Source: an uncultured Gammaproteobacteria bacterium
GTDB lineage: Bacteria; Patescibacteriota; Patescibacteriia; Magasanikbacterales; GWA2-37-8
Reading direction: 5' to 3'
DNA: 64,000 bases
Assembly (NCBI GenBank): GCA_964355175.1
Contig: CAYHBZ010000001.1
Location: forward strand, 445 to 64,444
Every line of letters begins with the position of its first letter. Positions within the stretch are counted from its first letter, which is position 1. Shown piece by piece: positions 39,370 to 49,305 of this stretch. Under the pieces are notes generated by a model. That model had not been told where the DNA came from and ran no database searches. It saw nothing but the letters and a program-made list of their open reading frames with translations. Both the position numbers and the translations under genes were made by a program.

Positions 39370-40050
39370 ATGATTACTATCGAAGGAGTTAGTAAAATTT
39401 ATTCCGCTTCTTCAGTCGCTTTGCGCGATGTGAGTTTGCATATCAAAGCCGGAGAATTTGTTTCGGTGATAGGACAGAGCGGTAGTGGCAAAACCACGCT
39501 TACCCGCCTGCTTATCGCTGAAGAAAATCCCACCAAAGGAAAAATAAAAATCGGGGATTGGGATATTTCCAAAATTAAAACTGATGAAATTCCATTTTTA
39601 CGCCGTCAGATTGGTATGATTTTTCAGGACTATAAATTATTGCCACAAAGAACTGTTTTTGAAAATGTAGCGTTTGCTCTAGAAGTGGCTGGAGAAAAAA
39701 ATAAACGCATTCGTCATGTGGTACCACAACTTTTGGAGATAGTGGGATTGTCTGATCGCAAAGAGCGTTATCCATTTCAATTATCCGGTGGTGAACAACA
39801 GCGCGTGGCTATCGCCAGATCTTTGGCCCATCGTCCAAAAATTATTGTGGCCGATGAGCCAACCGGGAATTTGGACACCATTAATACCGAAGAGATAATC
39901 CAGATCTTGAAAAAAATAAATGAATTTGGCACGACTATTTTGTTGCTTACCCACAATCGTGAAGTGGTGAATGCTCTGCGTCGTCGTGTGATTACTCTTC
40001 ATAATGGTCAAATCGCTTTGGATCAGGAAGCCGGTAAATATATATTGTAA
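39370..40050 (+). CDS. ftsE: cell division ATP-binding protein FtsE
   Basis: GQSGSGKTTL, LSGGEQQRVAIARSL; followed by ftsX. Confidence 0.88.
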   Translation: MITIEGVSKIYSASSVALRDVSLHIKAGEFVSVIGQSGSGKTTLTRLLIAEENPTKGKIKIGDWDISKIKTDEIPFLRRQIGMIFQDYKLLPQRTVFENVAFALEVAGEKNKRIRHVVPQLLEIVGLSDRKERYPFQLSGGEQQRVAIARSLAHRPKIIVADEPTGNLDTINTEEIIQILKKINEFGTTILLLTHNREVVNALRRRVITLHNGQIALDQEAGKYIL

Positions 40051-40055
40051 TTAAT

Positions 40056-40964
40056 ATGGTAAATTTGCAACGCGTTACGAAGTTTGCTTTTCAAGATATT
40101 GCCCGTAATTTTGGTCTGTCGTTCATGACAGTACTTATTTTGATATTAATGCTTTTGTCGGTCAATACTCTATGGTCCGTAAAAATTATCACCAAAGAAG
40201 CGGTCGGGCTTATCAAAGATCAAGTAAATGTTTCAATATATTTCGCGGCTAATGCCGGAGAAAAAAATGTTGGTGAGATTGAAAAATATGTTACCGCTTT
40301 TCCTGAGGTAATAAATGTGCAGACCCAAACCGCGGATCAAGTTTTGGCTTCGTTCAAACAGCGCCATGCTTTGAGTAAAGATGTTTTGGCGGCCTTGGAT
40401 GAACTCAAAGCCAATCCGTTTGGTCCTACTATGGTAATAAAAACTCGCGAACCACAGGATTACAAAAAAATAATTCAGGCGCTAAGTGTACCCGAATACA
40501 AAGATTTAATTGAGGCCAAGAGTTTTGATGAACACGAGAGTGCGATTGAAAAAATTCAAAATATTACCAATCGTACCGAAAATATCGTTGCTGGTTTGGT
40601 GGTTTTATTTGCGGCCATTTCTTTCTTGATAGTGTTTAATACCGTGCGCGCGGCTATTCATACTCAGAGAGTGGAGATTGGTATCAAGCGCTTGGTGGGG
40701 GCTAGCAGCTGGTTTATCCGTGGTCCCTATCTGGTAGAATCTTTTATTTTTTCCGTATTGAGTTTGCTCGGCACTATTGCCGTGATTTATATCACTTTAC
40801 GCTTTGTTGATCCCTATCTTTCGGTGGTTTTCCCCAGTGGTTTCTCCTTGACAAATTACTATAATTCGCATATCCTTTACGTGTTTGGGTTGCAGTTTTT
40901 GAGCGTTTTGGTTCTCACTGTAATTTCCAGTGCGTTGGCTATGCGTCGTCAACTCAAAGTGTAA
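40056..40964 (+). CDS. ftsX: cell division permease FtsX
   Basis: TM1, periplasmic domain, C-terminal 3 TM; operon with ftsE. Confidence 0.85.
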   Translation: MVNLQRVTKFAFQDIARNFGLSFMTVLILILMLLSVNTLWSVKIITKEAVGLIKDQVNVSIYFAANAGEKNVGEIEKYVTAFPEVINVQTQTADQVLASFKQRHALSKDVLAALDELKANPFGPTMVIKTREPQDYKKIIQALSVPEYKDLIEAKSFDEHESAIEKIQNITNRTENIVAGLVVLFAAISFLIVFNTVRAAIHTQRVEIGIKRLVGASSWFIRGPYLVESFIFSVLSLLGTIAVIYITLRFVDPYLSVVFPSGFSLTNYYNSHILYVFGLQFLSVLVLTVISSALAMRRQLKV

Positions 40965-40975
40965 CCAGCCTATAA

Positions 40976-41046
40976 TCCGAGGTCGTCTAAAGGTAGGACA
41001 ACAGCCTTTGAAGCTGTCTATCTTGGTTCGATTCCAAGCCTCGGAA
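40976..41046 (+). tRNA. tRNA-Gln (anticodon UUG)
   Basis: Manual fold; TCCGAGG acceptor, loop CTTTGAA, T-loop TTCGATT. Confidence 0.75.
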
Positions 41047-41124
41047 CAAATTTAGAGTCTTTGTTGGCTCTTTTTTTATTTGTGTGGATAAGTAATGTTT
41101 GACCGATTTTCTCAGTAGGAGTAC

Positions 41125-41155
41125 TATATACCTATACCTGGGGTGTAGGTATATA
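41125..41155 (+). promoter_or_regulatory. candidate CsoR operator / promoter (TATATACCTA-N11-TAGGTATATA)
   Basis: 10-bp perfect inverted repeat with a G-tract centre, 27 nt upstream of csoR, overlapping a TATATA -10-like box. Confidence 0.5.
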
Positions 41156-41181
41156 AAATAACTAATTTAAACATAATAAAT

Positions 41182-41457
41182 ATGATCGACGAGTATAAAT
41201 CAAAGATTAAATTAAATCTCAAAAAGGCTCAGGGTCAGATGAAGCTGGTGGATAAAATGGTAGATGACAATCGCTATTGTATTGATGTTGCCCAGCAGAT
41301 AAACGCGGCGATTGGTTTGCTTAAAAAAATTAATAACAATATTTTAGAAAATCATTTGCAGAGCTGTGGTACCCACAAGCTTGGTTCCAAAAACCAAAAA
41401 GAAAAAGATGAGTTTATCCAAGAATTAATTAAAACTTTTAATTTAGCCGGTAAATAA
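41182..41457 (+). CDS. csoR: CsoR/RcnR-family metal-sensing repressor
   Basis: RYCIDVAQQINAAIGLL ... HLQSC matches the DUF156 signature with Cys/His ligands. Confidence 0.85.
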   Translation: MIDEYKSKIKLNLKKAQGQMKLVDKMVDDNRYCIDVAQQINAAIGLLKKINNNILENHLQSCGTHKLGSKNQKEKDEFIQELIKTFNLAGK

Positions 41458-41462
41458 TTTTT

Positions 41463-42785
41463 ATGCCAAAGTTAAATCTTTCTATCGCGGGAATGCATTG
41501 CGCGTCTTGTGAAATTTTAATAGGGGACAACCTTAAAGAAATATCCGGTGTTACCAAAGCCGATGTGAATTACAAAACCGGCAAAGCGGAAGTGTATTAT
41601 GAGGGCAATACTCCTAAAAAAGAAGATCTGGCTCGGGCTGTAGAAGAAGCCGGTTATAAAATAGGAGAAAAACAAAAAAGTGGTTGGCTGTCCAAGGATT
41701 TTAATGATTACTGGAATTTATTTTATGGTGTCCTGGTTATTTTGGCCTTGTACACCTTGGCAAAAATTTTTGGCTTAAATAACTTTAATGTAAATACCAT
41801 TCAGGATGGTTTAGGTGTGGTATTTTTGGTTGGTTTGGTGGCCGGTGTTTCTACTTGTATGGCGCTTATTGGCGGTTTGGTCCTCAGTTTGTCGGCCCGT
41901 CATAGCGAGCTTCATCCCGAGGCCACGACTATAGAAAAATTTCGTCCTCATTTATATTTTAATCTTGGTCGTATTGGCGGCTACGCTTTGTTAGGCGGTG
42001 TTATTGGTTTTGTTGGTTCCGCTTTACAGTTTTCTGCGAATTTGCTCGGCATCATTACTATCCTAGTGAGCTTCGTGATGATTTTTTTGGGATTAAAATT
42101 AGTCGGTGTTTTTCCATCTTTGCAGGATAAAAATTTCGCCTTACCAAAATCAATTGCCAAATTTTTTGGTATAAAAAGTGAAGCAAAAGAATATAGCCAT
42201 AAAGCCGCCATACTTTCCGGCGCGGCCACTTTCTTTTTACCTTGTGGTTTTACTCAGGCGATGCAACTTTATGCCGTGAGTTCCGGTAGTTTTGGGCAAG
42301 GCGCGGCTATCATGGGGCTGTTTGCTTTGGGCACCTCACTTGGTCTGCTTTCTATCGGCGGCCTATCTTCGGTATTCAAAGGCAGAAAAGCAAAAATATT
42401 TTTTGCTACCGCCGGTGTCGCCGTGATTATGTTTGGTTGGTTTAATATCGGCAACGCTTTGGCCTTGGTTGGTGGTGGCGGCTCAAACAACAACTCAGAC
42501 CAGACCGTAGTCAGCGATAAAGAGCAGGTGGTATATATGACCCAAAATGTGGACGGTTATAGTCCAAATATACTTAGAGTCAAAAAAGGTATACCGGTAA
42601 AATGGGTAATAAATTCTAAAAGTACTTTTTCTTGCGCCAGCTATATCGTGATGCGTCAATTTAAAATCGGCAAGCCCCTGCAACTGGGAGAAAATATTTT
42701 CAAATTTACTCCCACTCAAACCGGTGAAATTCCATTCTCATGTTCTATGGGAATGTATCGCGGCAAATTTATTGTAGAAAATTAA
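41463..42785 (+). CDS. HMA-domain / DsbD_2-like metal permease / C-terminal cupredoxin-like fusion protein
   Basis: N-terminal GMHCASC HMA; polytopic core with Cys-containing TMs ([15 protein letters not shown]); C-terminal [13 protein letters not shown]...[14 protein letters not shown] cupredoxin-like. Confidence 0.55.
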   Translation: MPKLNLSIAGMHCASCEILIGDNLKEISGVTKADVNYKTGKAEVYYEGNTPKKEDLARAVEEAGYKIGEKQKSGWLSKDFNDYWNLFYGVLVILALYTLAKIFGLNNFNVNTIQDGLGVVFLVGLVAGVSTCMALIGGLVLSLSARHSELHPEATTIEKFRPHLYFNLGRIGGYALLGGVIGFVGSALQFSANLLGIITILVSFVMIFLGLKLVGVFPSLQDKNFALPKSIAKFFGIKSEAKEYSHKAAILSGAATFFLPCGFTQAMQLYAVSSGSFGQGAAIMGLFALGTSLGLLSIGGLSSVFKGRKAKIFFATAGVAVIMFGWFNIGNALALVGGGGSNNNSDQTVVSDKEQVVYMTQNVDGYSPNILRVKKGIPVKWVINSKSTFSCASYIVMRQFKIGKPLQLGENIFKFTPTQTGEIPFSCSMGMYRGKFIVEN

Positions 42786-42796
42786 TCAATTATTAT

Positions 42797-45070
42797 ATGT
42801 CGAACAATACTTCTCTAAAAGTGGATATCACCGGCATGCACTGCGCTTCTTGCGCCAAAATTATTGAAAAAAGTTTGTCAAAAGTAGATGGCGTAGTTTC
42901 CGCGGAAGTGAATTATGGTACCGAGACCGCCAAAGTGACTTTTGATCCAGCCAAAACTAATCTGCAAAATCTCTCCAATACGGTGGCACCACTTGGTTAT
43001 TCTTTCAATTTGCCAAATGAAATGGAAAATGATTCCAAGATGGATCACAAAAAACAAAACAAGTTGAAAGAAATAACGGAGATGAAAAATAAAGTTCTTT
43101 CAATCTTGCCTTTGACTATAATTAGTATTTTGCTCATGACCGCGGATATTTTGGCTCAGGTAAATTTTTTGAAGGAAATGCCGTTGTTTTGGAAAGAATT
43201 TTTTCACCATCTATTGCCGATTTTTGCGACCTACGCGCTGTTTGTAGTGGGCAAGCCATATTTGGTCGGTGTTTATAATTTTTTGCGCCACGGAAAAGCT
43301 AATATGGATACCTTAATAGGCATTGGTACTCTGGCCGCTTTTATTTATAGTTTTGTAGTCACCGCTTTTGAAGAAAGCTTGCGCCCGTTTTTAAATGTGG
43401 AGCATACTTACTATGATGTGACCATTGTGGTAGTGGCCTTCATTACTCTAGGAAAATACCTGGAAGCCAAATCCAAATTAAAAACCGGAGATGCGATAGA
43501 AAAATTATTGAGCCTACAAGCGAAAACCGCTTTGATAATGGTAGATGGCCAAGAAAAAGAAGTATCAATTTCTGATGTTAAAAAAGGTGATACCGTTTTA
43601 ATAAAACCGGGAACAAAAATTCCGGTGGATGGTAAAATAATTTCCGGACAATCGTTTGTGGACGAATCCATGATTAGCGGTGAGCCGGTTCCGGTAGAAA
43701 AACAAGCGGGCGATATGGTGACTTCCGGTACTATGAATACTACTGGCTCGTTTACTTTTTCAGCCACCAAAGTAGGCTCCGAAACGGTTTTGTCCAATAT
43801 TATTAAAATGGTAGAAAATGCTCAAGGCAGTAAAGCTCCAATCCAGGCCCTAGCCGACAAAATTTCCGGTGTGTTTGTGCCGGTAGTAATAGTGTTATCA
43901 TTTTTGGCATTGGCTATTTGGCTGATTGTCGGTACTCGCTACCTGGGGCTGAACCAGGCCCTGTCATATGGCTTGGTATCATTTGTCGGTATTTTGGTTA
44001 TCGCTTGTCCTTGCGCACTAGGATTGGCTACACCGACCGCTATCGTGGTAGGTGTTGGCAAAGGTGCGAAAGAAGGTATATTAATAAAAGACGCGGCCAC
44101 TTTGCAAAAGTTACATGAAGTGACTATGGTAGTAATGGATAAAACCGGCACAATCACCAAAGGCAAACCGGAATTGATTTCTATTACACCACAATCCTCA
44201 ATGGATAAAAAAGAAATAATTTCCATCTTGGCCTCTTTGGAAAATTTATCCGAACATCCTATCGCTCATGCTATCGCGTCTTATGCCAAAGAAAATAAAA
44301 TAGATTTTTTAAAAGTAGACGCGTTTGAAATTATCAAAGGACAAGGCTTAAAAGGAAAAATTAATGGCCAAGAATATTTTGCTGGTAATTCTAAATTAAT
44401 AAACAGTCTAGAACTGACTTTCGACGAAGATTTGATCAGTCGCGAAACCAAAGAAGGTAAGACACCAATTATCCTAGCGCAAAAAGATAAAGTGCTGGGA
44501 ATAATCATGGTAGCCGATGTCCTAAAACCAGAATCCAAAGAAGAAATAAAACGACTACACGATATGGGAATCTCGGTGGTAATGTTAACCGGAGATAATA
44601 AAAATACCGCCACTTATATCGCCGCGCATGTTGGAATAGACAAAGTTTTTTCCGAGCTTTCACCAGAACAAAAATTAATTACCATTAAAGAATTCCAGTC
44701 CGAAGGTCAAATCGTGGCGATGGTAGGGGACGGTGTCAACGATGCTCCGGCTTTGGCCCAAGCGGATGTGGGTATCGCTATGTCTACCGGCACCGATGTA
44801 GCTATAGAATCCGCCGGCATCACTTTATTGCAAGGAAATATTTCCAAGCTCGTCAAAGCCATAAAATTATCCAAGCTCACCATGCGCGGTATCAAACAGA
44901 ATTTATTTTGGGCATTCTTTTACAATCTAGCTGGCATTCCTTTGGCTGGCGGCTTATTCTATCCGATCTTTGGCTGGCTTTTAAATCCGGTATTTGCCGG
45001 CTTGGCCATGGCCCTTTCCAGTGTTTCGGTAGTAGGTAATTCTCTGCGAATCAAAGCCAAGAAATTGTAA
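42797..45070 (+). CDS. copA: copper-translocating P1B-type ATPase CopA
   Basis: [13 protein letters not shown] ([12 protein letters not shown]), [17 protein letters not shown]; the ORF track's upstream extension to 42740 is unlikely. Confidence 0.92.
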   Translation: MSNNTSLKVDITGMHCASCAKIIEKSLSKVDGVVSAEVNYGTETAKVTFDPAKTNLQNLSNTVAPLGYSFNLPNEMENDSKMDHKKQNKLKEITEMKNKVLSILPLTIISILLMTADILAQVNFLKEMPLFWKEFFHHLLPIFATYALFVVGKPYLVGVYNFLRHGKANMDTLIGIGTLAAFIYSFVVTAFEESLRPFLNVEHTYYDVTIVVVAFITLGKYLEAKSKLKTGDAIEKLLSLQAKTALIMVDGQEKEVSISDVKKGDTVLIKPGTKIPVDGKIISGQSFVDESMISGEPVPVEKQAGDMVTSGTMNTTGSFTFSATKVGSETVLSNIIKMVENAQGSKAPIQALADKISGVFVPVVIVLSFLALAIWLIVGTRYLGLNQALSYGLVSFVGILVIACPCALGLATPTAIVVGVGKGAKEGILIKDAATLQKLHEVTMVVMDKTGTITKGKPELISITPQSSMDKKEIISILASLENLSEHPIAHAIASYAKENKIDFLKVDAFEIIKGQGLKGKINGQEYFAGNSKLINSLELTFDEDLISRETKEGKTPIILAQKDKVLGIIMVADVLKPESKEEIKRLHDMGISVVMLTGDNKNTATYIAAHVGIDKVFSELSPEQKLITIKEFQSEGQIVAMVGDGVNDAPALAQADVGIAMSTGTDVAIESAGITLLQGNISKLVKAIKLSKLTMRGIKQNLFWAFFYNLAGIPLAGGLFYPIFGWLLNPVFAGLAMALSSVSVVGNSLRIKAKKL

Positions 45071-45131
45071 TTCGCTTGGTAAATTGGCCGAACTGTAATA
45101 AACTACAGATGTAGTTTGTAATAACAACGAT

Positions 45132-45689
45132 ATGGCTAAAATTTCGTCAGATTTCACCGACGAACAATTAGTAGCTGAAATTCGTGAAAAGGACAAAGAA
45201 TTATATAGTGAAATCATCAGACGCTATGAGACCAAACTCTCTCACTATTTGAAAAAATTCTTTAGAAACCAGGATGAACTAGAAGATGTTTTACAAGAAG
45301 TTTTTATAAAAGTTTACCGTAATCTTTACGGTTTTGATGTTGATAAAAAATTCTCTTCCTGGGTTTATCGTATCACTCACAATGAAGCGATAAATCATAT
45401 TAAAAAGAACTCCAAGAAAAATATTTCTTTGGAGGAAACAGAATGGGATATAGTGGATGAAAAATTTGATCTCAACGAACATATCGACAATAAACAAGTG
45501 CGTGAAAAGGTTTCTAGAGGGTTGTCCGAATTAAAAGAAAAATATCGCGAACCTTTAATCTTATATTATTTTGAACAAAAATCTTACGAAGAAATCAGTG
45601 AAATCTTGCGCCTGCCGCGCAGTACGGTCGGAGTACTGATTATGCGCGGAAAGGAAAGACTAAAAGAAACCTTCAAAAATTTAGTATGA
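45132..45689 (+). CDS. ECF sigma-70 factor (second copy)
   Basis: Region 2 (VLQEVFIKVYRNL...W) and region 4 HTH (YEEISEILRLPRSTVGVLIMRGKERL). Confidence 0.9.
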   Translation: MAKISSDFTDEQLVAEIREKDKELYSEIIRRYETKLSHYLKKFFRNQDELEDVLQEVFIKVYRNLYGFDVDKKFSSWVYRITHNEAINHIKKNSKKNISLEETEWDIVDEKFDLNEHIDNKQVREKVSRGLSELKEKYREPLILYYFEQKSYEEISEILRLPRSTVGVLIMRGKERLKETFKNLV

Positions 45690-46501
45690 ACGATTTAGAA
45701 AATAGAATTGAATCAAAGGTAATGGCCAATATCAAAAGCGGAAAAGTAAAATTGCGCTCCAAGTATATTTTTTTGGCCGAAAAACTAGGCTTGGGAAGTG
45801 CCGTAATTTTGAGTTTGTTGCTTTCGATTTTACTTTTTAATTTAGCGTTATTTTATTTGAAAGCTTCTGATAATCTTGGATACTTGAGTTTTGGTAGCCG
45901 TGGTTTTTTTGCTTTTCTGGAATCTTTTCCTTATCTGTTGGTAGTCAGTTTAATAATTCTTGTTTTTATCGCCGGATCATTATTCAAAAAAACCGAAATT
46001 GCGTATCAAAAACCGTTTGGTTATTTGGCGCTTGGTTTGGTTATTTTTATTCTTTTGGCTGGAGCGGCTTTGGCTTTTACCAGTATTGCCGAACAGATTG
46101 AGCGGCAGGCTTTTGAAGCGCGTTCATTTGGTTATTTCTTTAAACCATTTTTAAGACAGGGCGAGGAGGATCATCATCGTGGCCTTGTGGGTAGGATTAT
46201 CGAGGTAGGCGAGGATTGTATTATTGTTCAAACACCACAAGCACTAGAAAAATTAAAAGTAGACACTGTAAGTGATTTGGATAAAAATATTTTATTAGAA
46301 GGAAATTTCATAATGGCAATAGGACAAAGAGAAGAAGGAGATTTTGAAGTCATCAACCTGCGGGTGATAGATCCTAGAGAGATGCCGATGGTTCTTCGCG
46401 GCATTCATCACCGTTTCGGCTCAGACAATATATTCTCCGCGCGTAGGAAGTGTGGACCGGTGGTCGTATCGCCGGTATCCACTACGGTCAGCTGTCATTG
46501 A
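45686..46501 (+). CDS. putative membrane anti-sigma factor (4-nt overlap with the sigma gene)
   Basis: Coupled to the ECF sigma; four predicted TM segments; soluble C-terminal domain. Confidence 0.45.
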   Translation: MNDLENRIESKVMANIKSGKVKLRSKYIFLAEKLGLGSAVILSLLLSILLFNLALFYLKASDNLGYLSFGSRGFFAFLESFPYLLVVSLIILVFIAGSLFKKTEIAYQKPFGYLALGLVIFILLAGAALAFTSIAEQIERQAFEARSFGYFFKPFLRQGEEDHHRGLVGRIIEVGEDCIIVQTPQALEKLKVDTVSDLDKNILLEGNFIMAIGQREEGDFEVINLRVIDPREMPMVLRGIHHRFGSDNIFSARRKCGPVVVSPVSTTVSCH

Positions 46502-46624
46502 TTAAAACAAAAATCCTCTATTAATGAGGGTTTTTTTATTTGAAATAATCCTTGGGCGGGCGCTGTACTAATATTACAAAAGGCTAGCCTAAAAAAATTA
46601 TTCACCTAACCCGTTATTTTTTTT

Positions 46625-47065
46625 ATGAAAAAAGCTTACTTTGCTATACCGGCATTAGCCGCCGTTGCTCTTTTTGGCGCCAGCGCCGCCTCCGCTTATG
46701 GCGGACCGGGCGGGCATATGTTTTTCAATGCCGATCCATCTATTATGGCTACGCGTTTTGAAGAACAGATGGCCCAACAGGCCCATCTAATTGGTACTAG
46801 CGTGGACGAAATGAAAAACGATTGGGCCGCAGGAAAAAGCCTGATTGATATCGCCAAAGAAAAAGGTTTGAGTCAGGCCGATATTCAAGCGAAAATGCAG
46901 ACCGCTCGTACGGAGCAGATGAGACAACAATTACAAAATCTCGTCACTCAAGGCAAAATCACCCAGGCGCAAGCCGACGCTCGTTTGAAATTTATTACCG
47001 ACAACCATAAAAAACACGATAAAGGTTTTGGTAAATTTAAAATGAAACACGCGAGGATCAAGTAA
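46625..47065 (+). CDS. secreted hypothetical protein
   Basis: Signal peptide (ASAASA-YGG); helical Gln/Lys-rich protein. Confidence 0.6.
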   Translation: MKKAYFAIPALAAVALFGASAASAYGGPGGHMFFNADPSIMATRFEEQMAQQAHLIGTSVDEMKNDWAAGKSLIDIAKEKGLSQADIQAKMQTARTEQMRQQLQNLVTQGKITQAQADARLKFITDNHKKHDKGFGKFKMKHARIK

Positions 47066-47149
47066 TCAAAAATTTTAATATTTTAGCCACCCGATAATCT
47101 CCGGGTGGCTTTTATTTTAGAAAGATAAATTTTGTGATATAATATAGTC

Positions 47150-47842
47150 ATGAATAATTTGAGTATTATAAATTTTAATAATCAGGAATTCCAGTTAGAT
47201 TTATCTACGGAAGCCGACATCAGCGTAGCCGCTGAGATTTTTAAACATCGTGAATATCGCATGGCCGATGAGGCTATTAAAAATGCCGATACTATTTTGG
47301 ATGTTGGCGCCCACAAAGGTTTTTTTGCGGCCTATTGTGCGGCCTTGAATCCCAAAGCAGAAATTTTTTGTATTGAACCAGAAAAAAATAATCTTACCGC
47401 TTTAAAAAATAATAAAAAAATTAACAAGTTAAAAAATGTTACGGTGGTGGAGGGTGCGCTCAGCGATCGTACGGCCCAGGTTAACTTGGTAGTCACCACC
47501 GATTCTCATAATCACTACTTGGACGACATAGCCGAGGAAGGCGACGTCATGCAAGCCACTATGGCGTATAAATTTTCTGACCTACTGCGGGAATATAAGA
47601 TAAAATTTGTTTCTTTATTAAAAATGGACATCGAGGGAGGGGAGTATGCGGTATTTGATGGAATCGACGCTGATGATTTTTATAAAATAAAAAATATCGT
47701 GATGGAATATCATAATTTTCCAGACAGAAATTATAAAAAAATAGAGCAACAGTTGCGTGAAAATGGTTTTGGAGTTCAGGTTTTTCCTTCCAAATTTGAT
47801 AAAACAATGGGTTTTATTTTTGCTAATAATAAAAGAATATAA
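47150..47842 (+). CDS. FkbM-family SAM-dependent methyltransferase
   Basis: ILDVGAHKGFF...CIEP motif I region; 230 aa. Confidence 0.65.
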   Translation: MNNLSIINFNNQEFQLDLSTEADISVAAEIFKHREYRMADEAIKNADTILDVGAHKGFFAAYCAALNPKAEIFCIEPEKNNLTALKNNKKINKLKNVTVVEGALSDRTAQVNLVVTTDSHNHYLDDIAEEGDVMQATMAYKFSDLLREYKIKFVSLLKMDIEGGEYAVFDGIDADDFYKIKNIVMEYHNFPDRNYKKIEQQLRENGFGVQVFPSKFDKTMGFIFANNKRI

Positions 47843-47843
47843 T

Positions 47844-49169
47844 ATGCAAAAAGCTTGGATAGTCGCTGTCGATATGGGCTATGGTCATCAGCGCGCCGCC
47901 CACCCGTTGCGTTTTTTGTCTCCAAATGGCCATGTGATCTTAGCAAATAATTACGAAGGCATGCCCAAAAAAGACAAAGCCATTTGGGATAACTCACAAA
48001 AATTCTATGAGTTTTTTTCCCGGGCTAAAAATATTCCACTCATTGGTAATCTATTGTTTGATTTATCAATAGACAAAATGCAGAGAATTTTGCCGTTTTA
48101 TCCTCGTCGCGATCTTTCCAAAACAAATTTTCAAGTAAGTTTAAATTATAAAGCAATAAGAAAAGGTTGGGGCAAAGACCTAATAGAATATTTTAATACT
48201 CAAAAAATTCCTTTGATCACCACCTTTTTTACCGTGGCGTTTATGGCCGAGGAGCATGGATTTAAAAATGATATATATTGCGTGGTTTGTGATACAGATA
48301 TTGCGCGCACTTGGGCACCACTAAATCCTGCCAAAAGCCGAATAAAATATTTGGCACCATGCCGACGAGTAGTGGAAAGACTAAAAGAATATGGTATCAA
48401 ATCAGAAAATATTATTCTTACTGGTTTTCCATTGCCGGAAGAAAATTTAGGTACAAAAAATTTACATAAATTAAAAACCGATCTAGCTGAAAGAATAGTG
48501 AATTTGGATCCGGAGCATTTATACCGCCAAAAATATCTTGGTACGATTCGCCAATTTCTCACCGGCGTAGATCTAAAATCTCGCAATAAACACCCGCTCA
48601 CTCTCACTTTTGCGGTCGGTGGAGCTGGTGCTCAGCGTAAAATTGGTCTGCAAATTTTGAAAAGTTTACGCAAAAAATTACTGGCTCAAGAAATAAATCT
48701 AAATTTGGTAGCCGGCACCAGACGCGATGTGTTTGAATATTTTAAAAGTTATATAAATGAGCTGGGGATGAGTAAAATTTTGGGAAAAAATTTATCAATT
48801 ATTTTTTCTGTTGAAAAAGAAGATTATTTTAAACAGTTTAATAGATTATTGGTCTCTACTGATATATTGTGGACCAAACCAAGTGAATTGGTATTCTATA
48901 CCGCCCTCGGTATCCCAATTATTATTGCCGAGCCGCTAGGCTCTCAGGAAGTTTTCAACAAGACTTGGCTTAAGACAGTAGGGGCGGGGATATCCCAGCA
49001 AGATCCCGAGCTCACTCACGAATGGCTATTTGATTGGATAAATAGCGGCTGGCTGGCCGATGCGGCGATGTCTGGCTTCCTAGATGGCCGTCAGTTCGGG
49101 GTGCAGAATATTCAGGCGGTGGTTTTTGGTGGCGAGAAAGAACCTTCAAAAAGCTTCCAGTTATTATAG
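47844..49169 (+). CDS. glycosyltransferase (MGDG-synthase/UgtP-like GT28 fold)
   Basis: N-terminal VAVDMGYGHQRAAHPL resembles the MGDG_synth head; C-terminal GGAG...; the ORF track's upstream extension to 47757 is unlikely. Confidence 0.5.
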   Translation: MQKAWIVAVDMGYGHQRAAHPLRFLSPNGHVILANNYEGMPKKDKAIWDNSQKFYEFFSRAKNIPLIGNLLFDLSIDKMQRILPFYPRRDLSKTNFQVSLNYKAIRKGWGKDLIEYFNTQKIPLITTFFTVAFMAEEHGFKNDIYCVVCDTDIARTWAPLNPAKSRIKYLAPCRRVVERLKEYGIKSENIILTGFPLPEENLGTKNLHKLKTDLAERIVNLDPEHLYRQKYLGTIRQFLTGVDLKSRNKHPLTLTFAVGGAGAQRKIGLQILKSLRKKLLAQEINLNLVAGTRRDVFEYFKSYINELGMSKILGKNLSIIFSVEKEDYFKQFNRLLVSTDILWTKPSELVFYTALGIPIIIAEPLGSQEVFNKTWLKTVGAGISQQDPELTHEWLFDWINSGWLADAAMSGFLDGRQFGVQNIQAVVFGGEKEPSKSFQLL

Positions 49170-49190
49170 TTTTTTCGTCAAAATCATATA

Positions 49191-49219
49191 TTGACAATAT
49201 GGTGCTTTTTGATTATAAT
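49191..49219 (+). promoter_or_regulatory. consensus promoter TTGACA-N17-TATAAT ahead of tRNA-Asn
   Basis: Exact hexamers with a 17-nt spacer, 14 nt upstream of the tRNA. Confidence 0.7.
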
Positions 49220-49233
49220 CAATGCAGTTAAAT

Positions 49234-49305
49234 TCCGAGGTAGCGCAGCGGTAGCGCAGTTGGCTGTTAACCAATTGGTCGTGGGTTCGAATCCCACCCT
49301 CGGAG
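49234..49305 (+). tRNA. tRNA-Asn (anticodon GUU)
   Basis: Manual fold; GGCTGTTAACC anticodon arm typical of Asn, T-loop TTCGAAT. Confidence 0.85.
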
